Assembly: GCA_046537995.1 (NCBI GenBank) | Contig: JBKHJS010000001.1 | Span: 68-64,067, forward strand | Direction: 5' to 3' | Length of the DNA: 64,000 nucleotides | Source of the DNA: Desulfobacterales bacterium | Lineage (GTDB): Bacteria > Desulfobacterota > Desulfobacteria > Desulfobacterales > Desulfosalsimonadaceae | In this document: positions 25,908 through 33,957 of the stretch, one piece after another | Numbering within the stretch: position 1 is the first letter of the stretch | How the letters are laid out: every line of letters starts with the position of its first letter | Translations under genes and position numbers: made by a program | Notes under the pieces: generated by a model | Databases searched by the model: none | What the model saw: only the letters and a program-made list of their open reading frames with translations | What the model was told of the DNA's origin: nothing

Positions 25908-26754
25908 CGCGCTTCAATGGACGGCCGGGTATTTCGACACCCACCATATCGATTCTCCCCGTCTGACAGCCGAAATCCTTCTTGCAGCCGTTCTGGGGGT
26001 GCAGCGCATTGATTTATATATCCGGCACGATCAGCCGCTGTCGGATCCCGAGCTGGCAAGTTATCGGGAAATGATCCGCAGGCGGGTGCGCCGCGAACCC
26101 GTGGCTTACATTCTCCGGGAAAAGGAGTTCTGGGGCCGGGAGTTTATGGTTACCCCGGACGTGCTGATCCCCCGCCCGGAGACCGAGCATCTGGTGGAGG
26201 CCGCCCTTTTGCGTCTGCCCGATGAAACCGATCCCGCCAGGCGGGTGATTGATCTGGGCACGGGCTCCGGCGCAGTGGCGGTCTCGCTGGCAGCAGACCG
26301 GCCCGGGCATGTTTACTTTGCAGTGGACCGTTCGTATGCCGCCCTGCAGGTGGCCCGGCAAAACGCCGATCAAAACGGGGTTTCCGGCCGCATTCATTTT
26401 TTTGCCGGCAGCTGGATGGAAGCCGTCCGGCAAGACGGTCCCGGATTTGACATGATCGTATCCAATCCGCCGTACGTGCCTTCAGGGCAGATGGCGGCGC
26501 TGCAGCCCGAGATCCACGACCATGAACCCCGCATGGCCCTGGACGGGCAGGACAGGGGGGTGGCGGCGATCGAGACAATTGTCCGCGGGGCGCCGCAGCA
26601 CCTGGTCCCGGGCGGCGTTCTGCTGCTGGAAATCGGATACGATCAGAAGGCGGCAATCCTGGAATTTTCCGAGCAGGCCGGCGTTTACAAGGACCCCGGG
26701 TTTATCCGGGATTATGCCGGCCATGACCGTGTCGCGATATTGCAGAAAATGTGA
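25861..26754 (+). CDS. prmC: Release-factor glutamine N5-methyltransferase
   Basis: [13 protein letters not shown]-binding motif, NPPY motif. The start is re-called to ATG 25861, overlapping the prfA end. Confidence 0.85.
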   Translation: MPNHKSQKPQTWTVLDALQWTAGYFDTHHIDSPRLTAEILLAAVLGVQRIDLYIRHDQPLSDPELASYREMIRRRVRREPVAYILREKEFWGREFMVTPDVLIPRPETEHLVEAALLRLPDETDPARRVIDLGTGSGAVAVSLAADRPGHVYFAVDRSYAALQVARQNADQNGVSGRIHFFAGSWMEAVRQDGPGFDMIVSNPPYVPSGQMAALQPEIHDHEPRMALDGQDRGVAAIETIVRGAPQHLVPGGVLLLEIGYDQKAAILEFSEQAGVYKDPGFIRDYAGHDRVAILQKM

Positions 26755-26788
26755 TACCTATCAAAAAGAATTGTTTTTAAAAATCTGA

Positions 26789-26845
26789 AACGCTCGATTT
26801 AGGTAATAATAAAAATATTGCGAACCCGGATCTGTTTTGTTATAG
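26789..26845 (+). promoter_or_regulatory. rpsB promoter region: conserved motif ACGCTCGATTTAGGT (26789-26803), then TTGCGA (26817-26822), N17, TATAGG (26840-26845)
   Basis: Read directly. The motif is shared with the rho and secA upstream regions. Confidence 0.45.
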
Positions 26846-26969
26846 GTAGTCAATTTTTGAACCAACTACACACGCCTTTGGACCGGCGCTACGGTGCTTT
26901 TTTGAAAAGTCGGCGGCCGGGGGGATAAAGGCGGTGGAATCCAAAAACCGCAGTAAAAGGAGTATGACC

Positions 26970-27875
26970 ATGGCGTACGTGACAATGAAGGAACTGCTCG
27001 AGGCGGGTGTCCATTTCGGTCACCAGACCCGGCGATGGAATCCCAAGATGAAAAAGTACATCTTCGGGGCCAGAAACGGGATTTACATTGTTGATCTGCA
27101 GCAGACGGTCCGGATGTTCCGGACCGCCTATGACTTTGTGGCAGATACGGTGGCAGGCGGCAAAAGCGTGCTTTTCGTGGGCACCAAAAAGCAGGCGCGG
27201 GAATCGATCTACGAGGAAGCCAACCGGTGCGAAATGTTTTACGTGCACAACCGCTGGATCGGCGGGATGCTCACCAATTTTCCCACGGTGAAAAAAAGCA
27301 TCGAGCGGCTCAATTATTTAAATACCATTGAAAACGACGGCTCCATTAACATGTACCCCAAGAAGGAACGGGTGCATATGTTAAAGGAGCGAGCCAAGTT
27401 AGACAGCAACCTCGGCGGGATTCGCGCCATGAAGAATCTGCCCGGTGCGCTGTTTATCGTGGACCCCAAGAAAGAGGCCATTGCCGTGCGCGAGGGCATC
27501 CGGCTGGGAATTCCGGTGGTGGCAATCGTGGACACCAACTGTGACCCGGACATGATCGATTACGTGATTCCGGGCAATGATGATGCCATCCGCTCTATTC
27601 GGCTCATTACCTCCAGGATTGCTGATGCTGCAATCGAAGGCGCCCAGCGCCGGGAGGAAAAGCTGCAGGCCGAGAAGGACAAGCAGGCCGAGGAGGCCGA
27701 ACAGCAGGCAGAGGGCACGGTTGAACGCCGCATGATGGAAGAAGACGAGCAGGGACCGGTGGTTGAGGTGATCCGCAAGGCATCGGCCGGCAAGGAGTCC
27801 GAACCAGCCGGCACCCAGGCGGAAGCACCCGGGAAATCCGAAGAATCTGAAGAAGCGGCAAATACAGGAGAGTAA
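26970..27875 (+). CDS. rpsB: 30S ribosomal protein S2 (with a long acidic C-terminal tail)
   Basis: [30 protein letters not shown] 26970 lies 7 nt after AAAGGAG. The C-terminal ~65 aa are E/A/Q-rich. Confidence 0.95.
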   Translation: MAYVTMKELLEAGVHFGHQTRRWNPKMKKYIFGARNGIYIVDLQQTVRMFRTAYDFVADTVAGGKSVLFVGTKKQARESIYEEANRCEMFYVHNRWIGGMLTNFPTVKKSIERLNYLNTIENDGSINMYPKKERVHMLKERAKLDSNLGGIRAMKNLPGALFIVDPKKEAIAVREGIRLGIPVVAIVDTNCDPDMIDYVIPGNDDAIRSIRLITSRIADAAIEGAQRREEKLQAEKDKQAEEAEQQAEGTVERRMMEEDEQGPVVEVIRKASAGKESEPAGTQAEAPGKSEESEEAANTGE

Positions 27876-27877
27876 GA

Positions 27878-28477
27878 ATGGTATCAATTAGTGCAGATTT
27901 GGTCAAGCAGCTCCGCGACCGGTCCGGGGCCGGCATTATGGACTGCAAGGAAGCGCTCACCGAGTGCGAAGGGGATACGGAAAAAGCGGCCGATTACCTG
28001 CGCAAAAAAGGGCTTGCCACCGCGAAAAAGCGGGCCGGCAAGGTGGCCGCAGACGGCGTTATCCAGTCCTATATTCACATGGGCGGTAAAATCGGGGTGC
28101 TTGTGGAAGTCAACTGCGAAACCGACTTTGTGGCCAAGACCGACGAATTCAAGGAGTTTGCCAAGAATATTGCCATGCATATCGCGGCTTCCAGCCCGCT
28201 CGGCGTGGTCCCGGAAGACATCCCGGAAGAGGCGGTCGCCCGGGAAAAGGAAATCTATCGCCAGCAGGCACTTGAAATGGGGAAGCCCGAGGATGTTGCC
28301 GAGAAAATCGTCGAAGGCAAGATGAACAAATTCTACAAGGAATCGTGCCTGATGAACCAGCTCTACATCCGGGACACGAACCTGACGATTTCAGACGTGA
28401 TCAACGAAATGATCGCAAAAACCGGGGAGAAAATCACCATCAACCGGTTTGCCCGTTTTCAGACCGGGGAGAGCTGA
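27878..28477 (+). CDS. tsf: Elongation factor Ts
   Basis: [23 protein letters not shown]-like N-terminus. 199 aa short form. Confidence 0.95.
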   Translation: MVSISADLVKQLRDRSGAGIMDCKEALTECEGDTEKAADYLRKKGLATAKKRAGKVAADGVIQSYIHMGGKIGVLVEVNCETDFVAKTDEFKEFAKNIAMHIAASSPLGVVPEDIPEEAVAREKEIYRQQALEMGKPEDVAEKIVEGKMNKFYKESCLMNQLYIRDTNLTISDVINEMIAKTGEKITINRFARFQTGES

Positions 28478-28481
28478 AATT

Positions 28482-29207
28482 TTGGAGCAACCCAAGTTTT
28501 CGCGCGTACTACTTAAGTTAAGCGGCGAAGCCCTCATGGGCGAGGAGCAGTACGGTATCAGCCCGGAGACCCTCCGCTATGTGGCCGGGGAAGTCAAGTC
28601 CATCGCCGCGCTCGGCGTGGAAACAGCCCTCGTGGTGGGAGGCGGCAACATCTTTCGGGGCATGGCCGGCAGCTCCCAGGGAATGGATCGGGCTTCAGCC
28701 GATTATTTGGGCATGCTGGCCACGGTAATGAACAGCCTGGCCCTCCAGGACGCCCTGGAAAAAGTCGACGTCCCCACGCGGGTACTTTCGGCCATCTCCA
28801 TGCACCAGATGGCCGAGCCCTATATCCGCCGCAGGGCCATCCGGCATCTGGAAAAGGGAAGGGTGGTCATATTTGCCGCAGGTACCGGAAATCCGTATTT
28901 TACCACGGATACGGCCGCAGTTTTGAGAGCTGCGGAAATTCACGCCGAGGTATTGCTTAAGGCCACCAAGGTCGAAGGCGTCTATGACATGGACCCTGTG
29001 CATGACAAGGCGGCCCGGTTTATCGACAACATCGATTACATGTCGGTGCTGGAAAAGCGGCTGCATGTCATGGATTCCACGGCGATATCGCTGGCCATGG
29101 ACAACCGACTGATGCTGGTGGTTTTCAATCTCAAGCAGAAAGGCAATACCCGCGGGGTGATCTGCGGGCAGGCCATCGGCACGCGCATTTACGAAATCAC
29201 GCAGTAG
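28482..29207 (+). CDS. pyrH: UMP kinase
   Basis: [21 protein letters not shown] motifs. The start is uncertain: TTG 28482 is preferred because it lies after the tsf stop, and TTG 28449 is the ORF-track start. Confidence 0.9.
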   Translation: MEQPKFSRVLLKLSGEALMGEEQYGISPETLRYVAGEVKSIAALGVETALVVGGGNIFRGMAGSSQGMDRASADYLGMLATVMNSLALQDALEKVDVPTRVLSAISMHQMAEPYIRRRAIRHLEKGRVVIFAAGTGNPYFTTDTAAVLRAAEIHAEVLLKATKVEGVYDMDPVHDKAARFIDNIDYMSVLEKRLHVMDSTAISLAMDNRLMLVVFNLKQKGNTRGVICGQAIGTRIYEITQ

Positions 29208-29276
29208 AGATAAATTTTTCAGTGTTTCGGGGACAAATAAAATTCCGTGCCCCCATCCGGGTGTCCGGATCTGCAA

Positions 29277-29304
29277 ACACCTTGAACCTTGAACCTTGAA
29301 CCTA
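29277..29304 (+). repeat. Tandem heptamers ACACCTT (GAACCTT)x2 GAACCTA just 5' of the frr SD
   Basis: Reads ACACCTT GAACCTT GAACCTT GAACCTA, then AAACGGGTGAGCGGCC, then the ATG at 29321. Same unit as at 24519-24546. Confidence 0.85.
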
Positions 29305-29320
29305 AAACGGGTGAGCGGCC

Positions 29321-29878
29321 ATGATCGATTCGATTATCAGCGAAGCAAAGGAAAAGATGAACAAGTCGGTGGACGCGCTGAAAAAGGATCTCCAGAAGAT
29401 CCGTACCGGGCGCGCCTCGTTGAGCATCCTGGATGACGTGCGGGTGGATTATTACGGCACGCCCACCCCGCTGAACCAGATCGCATCGCTTTCGGTCCCG
29501 GAAAGCCGTTTGATTACAATTCAGCCCTGGGATCCCTCGGCGGCCAAGGAGATCGAAAAAGCGATCATGAAATCCAACCTGGGGCTTACGCCTTCAAGCG
29601 ACGGAAAAATTATCCGCATTACCATTCCACCGCTGACCGAGGACCGGCGCAAGGAGATCGTCAAGCAGGTCAACAAGATCTGCGAGGACTACCGGATCGC
29701 GGTGCGCAATATCCGCAGGGATGCCAACGATTCGTTAAAAACCCTGAAAAAGGACGGGGATGCCTCGGAAGACGACGTCGGCAAGGGTTTTGACGAAGTT
29801 CAGAAGCTGACCGACGAGCATATTAAGCAGATTGACGATATATACAAGGACAAGGAAAAGGAGATCCTTGAAGTCTAA
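29321..29878 (+). CDS. frr: Ribosome recycling factor
   Basis: 185 aa. Contains LQKIRTGRAS and PPLTEDRRKE motifs. Confidence 0.95.
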   Translation: MIDSIISEAKEKMNKSVDALKKDLQKIRTGRASLSILDDVRVDYYGTPTPLNQIASLSVPESRLITIQPWDPSAAKEIEKAIMKSNLGLTPSSDGKIIRITIPPLTEDRRKEIVKQVNKICEDYRIAVRNIRRDANDSLKTLKKDGDASEDDVGKGFDEVQKLTDEHIKQIDDIYKDKEKEILEV

Positions 29879-30611
29879 GTCTGCCGACAACACCGTCCCG
29901 GACCCCTCGGACCTGCCGGGGCACGTTGCCGTGATTATGGACGGCAACGGCAGGTGGGCGAAAAAGCGCATGTTAAACCGGGTAAAAGGCCATGAACGCG
30001 GGGCGGATACGGTGCGCACGGTGGTTCGCACGAGCAGGGAGATCGGCCTTAGGTACCTGACGCTGTATGCTTTTTCCACCGAGAACTGGCAGCGGCCGCA
30101 AACGGAAGTTACCGCCCTGATGACTCTGCTGAAGCGTTTCCTGGACTCGGAAACCCGGGAAATGGTGGATAACAATATCCGGTTAAACGTTATCGGTGAA
30201 AAAGAACGCCTGTCTGAGGACGTACAGACTGTGCTCGATCAGACCCTGTCGGCCACAGGCGGCAATGACGGGATGTGCCTGACACTGGCGCTGAGCTACG
30301 GCGGGCGCGCCGAGATCGCCAGGGCGGCACGGGCCGCGGCACAGGCGGTCAAGGACGGACAAATCGATGTCAAGGAAATTACCCCGGAATACCTGTCCGG
30401 GTATTTGTACACAGCGGAAATCCCGGATCCGGAACTGCTCATCCGCACCAGCGGGGAAATGCGGGTCAGCAATTTTCTGCTGTGGCAGATCGCCTACACG
30501 GAAATTTTTGTCACGCCCACCCTGTGGCCGGATTTTACCCGCGAGGAATATCTCGACATTCTGAAGCACTTTAAGGATCGGGAACGCCGCTTCGGACGGG
30601 TTTCGTCCTGA
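29868..30611 (+). CDS. uppS: Undecaprenyl-diphosphate synthase (cis-prenyltransferase)
   Basis: HVAVIMDGNGRWA, FSTENWQRP, RTSGEMRVSNFLLWQ motifs. No in-frame ATG, so the start is TTG 29868 or upstream (ORF track 29832). Confidence 0.9.
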   Translation: MKSKSADNTVPDPSDLPGHVAVIMDGNGRWAKKRMLNRVKGHERGADTVRTVVRTSREIGLRYLTLYAFSTENWQRPQTEVTALMTLLKRFLDSETREMVDNNIRLNVIGEKERLSEDVQTVLDQTLSATGGNDGMCLTLALSYGGRAEIARAARAAAQAVKDGQIDVKEITPEYLSGYLYTAEIPDPELLIRTSGEMRVSNFLLWQIAYTEIFVTPTLWPDFTREEYLDILKHFKDRERRFGRVSS

Positions 30612-30676
30612 TAAAACTGCTCAAGAGCCGTTTTTCCGCCCATATGTAAGCTCAATTATCCAGCCGGGATGATGCC

Positions 30677-31486
30677 ATGCACTTAAAACGTTGGATTACA
30701 GCTATTGTTGCCATACCGGTACTGGTGCTCCTGATCGTCAAGGGGCCCCCTGAGGTTTTTGCCGGGTTGATTGCACTTATTGCCATCCTTTCCATGTGGG
30801 AGTATTTCTATATTGTTTCAGGCGGCAACAAAACCGGGATGCTCAAACCGATTCCTTTTGCCGGGGCCGCAGTCGGATTGCTTGTGATCGCTGCAGCCCT
30901 TTATGGGGCCTTTTCGGTGATGTTTCTGCTGGTGTTTGCTTCTCTGGGCATCGGCGCACTGCTGTCAATGCCGGCTTACCGGTCCGGACCCCGGATCGTG
31001 GAAACCGTGGCAAGACAGGTCCAGGGAGTGGTCTATATCCCGCTTGCCCTTGCCACGCTGGTGCTGCTGCGGAGCCGGCCCGACGGGCTGACATGGATTT
31101 TTTTCGTGCTGTTTGTGGTGTTTCTGGGAGATGTGGCCGCCTTTTACGTGGGCACCTACCTGGGCAGGCACAAGCTCAGTCCGGCCATCAGCCCGGGCAA
31201 AACCGTGGAAGGTGCGCTCGGGGGCCTGGCGGTCAATATCGTGGTTGCCATGGTTTTTAAAATCCTGCTGCTGCCGGAGCTGGCAGGCGGGCTCGTGGTG
31301 GTATTCGCCCTGGCGCTCGGGACCGCCGGCCAGATCGGGGATCTTTTTGAATCCGAGCTCAAGCGGGCCGCGGGCATCAAGGACTCCGGGGCAATTCTGC
31401 CTGGCCACGGCGGTATGCTCGACCGGGTGGATGCGCTGATTTTTGCCGCGCCCGTGGCGTATGCGTTTAATATGTTTATTTTTTAG
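30677..31486 (+). CDS. cdsA: Phosphatidate cytidylyltransferase
   Basis: Multi-TM protein with the C-terminal signature SELKRAAGIKDSGAILPGHGGMLDRVD. Confidence 0.9.
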   Translation: MHLKRWITAIVAIPVLVLLIVKGPPEVFAGLIALIAILSMWEYFYIVSGGNKTGMLKPIPFAGAAVGLLVIAAALYGAFSVMFLLVFASLGIGALLSMPAYRSGPRIVETVARQVQGVVYIPLALATLVLLRSRPDGLTWIFFVLFVVFLGDVAAFYVGTYLGRHKLSPAISPGKTVEGALGGLAVNIVVAMVFKILLLPELAGGLVVVFALALGTAGQIGDLFESELKRAAGIKDSGAILPGHGGMLDRVDALIFAAPVAYAFNMFIF

Positions 31487-31506
31487 GTCTCAGCAAAGCC
31501 AATTAT

Positions 31507-31592
31507 CACCACGAAGTGCACAAAGAGCACGAAGTCTGCCTGTTATTCTTCAGGTTTTTCTTCCCTCGTGTTTTTTGTGGCCTTCGTGGTTG
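31507..31592. repeat. Long imperfect inverted repeat (CCACGAAG..CACAAA..CACGA arms) in the cdsA-dxr spacer
   Basis: Left arm CACCACGAAGTGCACAAAGAGCACGAAG. The reverse complement of the right arm is CAACCACGAAGGCCACAAAAAACACGAGGGAAG. The loop is about 25 nt. Confidence 0.6.
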
Positions 31593-31638
31593 TTGCTTTG
31601 CAAATTTTCCAATATTCGGGATATGTATAAACGTTAAC

Positions 31639-32817
31639 ATGAGCCTCCGCCAGATCGGCATACTCGGATCCACGGGATCCATCGGGAAAAGCACGCTTTC
31701 GGTTCTGGCCCGGTTTCCGGAGCGTTTCTCGGTCAGGGCCTTGGCCGCCGGGGGCAATATTGATCTGCTGGCCCGGCAGATCCGGGAATTTGAACCGGAT
31801 CTGTCAGTGGTCTACGATGAGGCCGGGGCTTCGGCATTAAGGCAGATGCTGCCTGCAGATATTTCCACCGAGATTTCTTTCGGAGCAGACGGGTACCGTG
31901 CGGCTGCGCAATATGCGCCGCTGGACACGGTGGTTTCCGCAATGGTGGGTTCTGCCGGGCTTCTGCCCACCCTGGCTGCGATTTGGGCAGGCAAGGATGT
32001 CGCCCTTGCCAACAAGGAAACCCTGGTCATGGCCGGGGATCTGGTCATCCGGGAAGCTGTGGCCCGCGGGGTGCGCATTCTGCCGGTGGACAGCGAGCAC
32101 AGCGCCATCTTCCAGTGCATTTGCGGAAACCGGGAGGCGGACATCGACCGGATCCTGCTGACCGCATCCGGCGGGCCGTTTTTAAATCTGCCCGTTGCGG
32201 ATTTTTCAAAAATTACGCCGGCCGACGCCCTGGAGCATCCCACATGGCAGATGGGCGACAAGATCACCATCGATTCGGCCACCCTGATGAACAAGGGCCT
32301 GGAGGTGATCGAGGCCGGGCACCTGTTTGCCTTGAGCGCTGATCAGATCGAGGTGGTCATTCACCCTCAGAGTATTGTGCACTCCATGGTGGCCTATTGC
32401 GACGGCACGGTTATGGCCCAGATGGGCCTGCCGGACATGAAGGCGGCAATTGCCTATGCGCTTTCATGCCCGGAGCGGCTGCCGCTGGGACTGTCCTGCC
32501 CGGATTTTGCCGACCTCGGCCAACTGGTCTTTCAGGCGCCGGACTCGGAGAAATTTCCGTGTCTGGCCCTGGCATATACGGCCTGCAGAAAGGGCGGCAC
32601 CATGCCTGCCGTTATGAACGCGGCAAACGAGGTGGCCGTGGCCGCATTTTTGCACGGCACAATCGCCTTTGACCGGATCCCCGCTTTGATACGCGGCGTA
32701 ATGGATCAATACGAGCCGGTGACAGCGCAGGACGTCGAAGACATACTGGAAGCAGACAGATGGGCCAGGCAGGCTGCACAATCCCTGGCGGCCGCATTTG
32801 ATCACGATATGGGGTAG
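31639..32817 (+). CDS. dxr: 1-deoxy-D-xylulose-5-phosphate reductoisomerase
   Basis: GILGSTGSIGKST NADPH motif, LANKE, NKGLEVIEA. The start is re-called to ATG 31639. Confidence 0.95.
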   Translation: MSLRQIGILGSTGSIGKSTLSVLARFPERFSVRALAAGGNIDLLARQIREFEPDLSVVYDEAGASALRQMLPADISTEISFGADGYRAAAQYAPLDTVVSAMVGSAGLLPTLAAIWAGKDVALANKETLVMAGDLVIREAVARGVRILPVDSEHSAIFQCICGNREADIDRILLTASGGPFLNLPVADFSKITPADALEHPTWQMGDKITIDSATLMNKGLEVIEAGHLFALSADQIEVVIHPQSIVHSMVAYCDGTVMAQMGLPDMKAAIAYALSCPERLPLGLSCPDFADLGQLVFQAPDSEKFPCLALAYTACRKGGTMPAVMNAANEVAVAAFLHGTIAFDRIPALIRGVMDQYEPVTAQDVEDILEADRWARQAAQSLAAAFDHDMG

Positions 32818-32822
32818 ATGAG

Positions 32823-33953
32823 ATGAGCATGGTAATCGGCCTGGTGATTGTACTGGGCGTATTGATATTTTTTCACGAACTCGGGCATTTCCTGGTGGCC
32901 AAGGCTTTCGGGGTGGGCGTGGAGCGCTTTTCCCTGGGATTCGGTCCCAAGCTGGCCACAAAAAAGGTCGGTCGCACCGAGTACTGCATATCGGCGCTGC
33001 CGCTGGGCGGGTATGTAAAAATGGTGGGCGAACATCCGGATGCGGAGATCGCCCAGGAAGACATGGAATTTTCCTTTACTCACAAGCCCGTGGGGCAGCG
33101 GATGTTAATTGTCGCCGCCGGTCCGGTGTTCAACTTCGTGCTGTGCATTCTTATTTTTTTCGGAATTTTTACTATTTCCGGGAACTTGGTCTTAAAAGAG
33201 CCGGTGATAGGCGAAGTCAGGGCCGTCACGCCCGCCATGGTAGCCGGTCTCAATAGCGGAGAGTCGCCGCCTCAAAAAGAGCAGGATGTCAGTTTCACGC
33301 CCGCCATGTTAGCCGGTCTCAAGAGCGGAGACACCATTGTGGCCGCAAATGGAAAATCCATTGAAAAATGGTCGGAGGTTGTCGACATCGTCTCCAATAG
33401 CGGCGGAAAACCGGTTACCCTTACCCTCCTGCGAGAGGGGCAGCGGCTGAAAAAAACTGTGGTCCCGAAAAAGGAGACAGTCAGAGACATTTTCGGGGAA
33501 CCCCACGAGCGCTACCTGATCGGTATTTCCGGAAAGGCTCAGAAAGAGCGCCTCAACCCGATTTCGGCGATGGGGGAAAGCCTTTCCAAGACCTATATGA
33601 TCATTAAGCTGACGGTGGTTTCCGTGGTCAAGCTTATCCAGGGAGCACTGTCCGTGGAAACCCTTGGCGGGCCGATCATGATCGCCCAGATGGCAGGTCA
33701 ACAGGTTCAGCACGGAGCCGTGAACCTGCTTTCCTTTATTGCGCTTGTCAGCGTGAATCTCGGCATTTTGAACCTGCTGCCCGTGCCGGTGCTAGACGGC
33801 GGCCATCTCATGTTTTTTTCCATCGAGGCGGTAACGGGCCGCCCCGTGTCTTTGCGGGCCCGGGAAATCGCCACGCAGATCGGCATTTTTCTGCTGATGC
33901 TGCTGATGGTGTTTGTTTTTTACAATGATATCATGAGAATCGTAACCGAGTGA
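32823..33953 (+). CDS. rseP: RIP metalloprotease RseP (site-2 protease, M50) with PDZ domain
   Basis: HELGHFLVAK (HExxH), NLLPVPVLDGGH. 376 aa. Confidence 0.9.
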   Translation: MSMVIGLVIVLGVLIFFHELGHFLVAKAFGVGVERFSLGFGPKLATKKVGRTEYCISALPLGGYVKMVGEHPDAEIAQEDMEFSFTHKPVGQRMLIVAAGPVFNFVLCILIFFGIFTISGNLVLKEPVIGEVRAVTPAMVAGLNSGESPPQKEQDVSFTPAMLAGLKSGDTIVAANGKSIEKWSEVVDIVSNSGGKPVTLTLLREGQRLKKTVVPKKETVRDIFGEPHERYLIGISGKAQKERLNPISAMGESLSKTYMIIKLTVVSVVKLIQGALSVETLGGPIMIAQMAGQQVQHGAVNLLSFIALVSVNLGILNLLPVPVLDGGHLMFFSIEAVTGRPVSLRAREIATQIGIFLLMLLMVFVFYNDIMRIVTE

Positions 33954-33957
33954 AATT

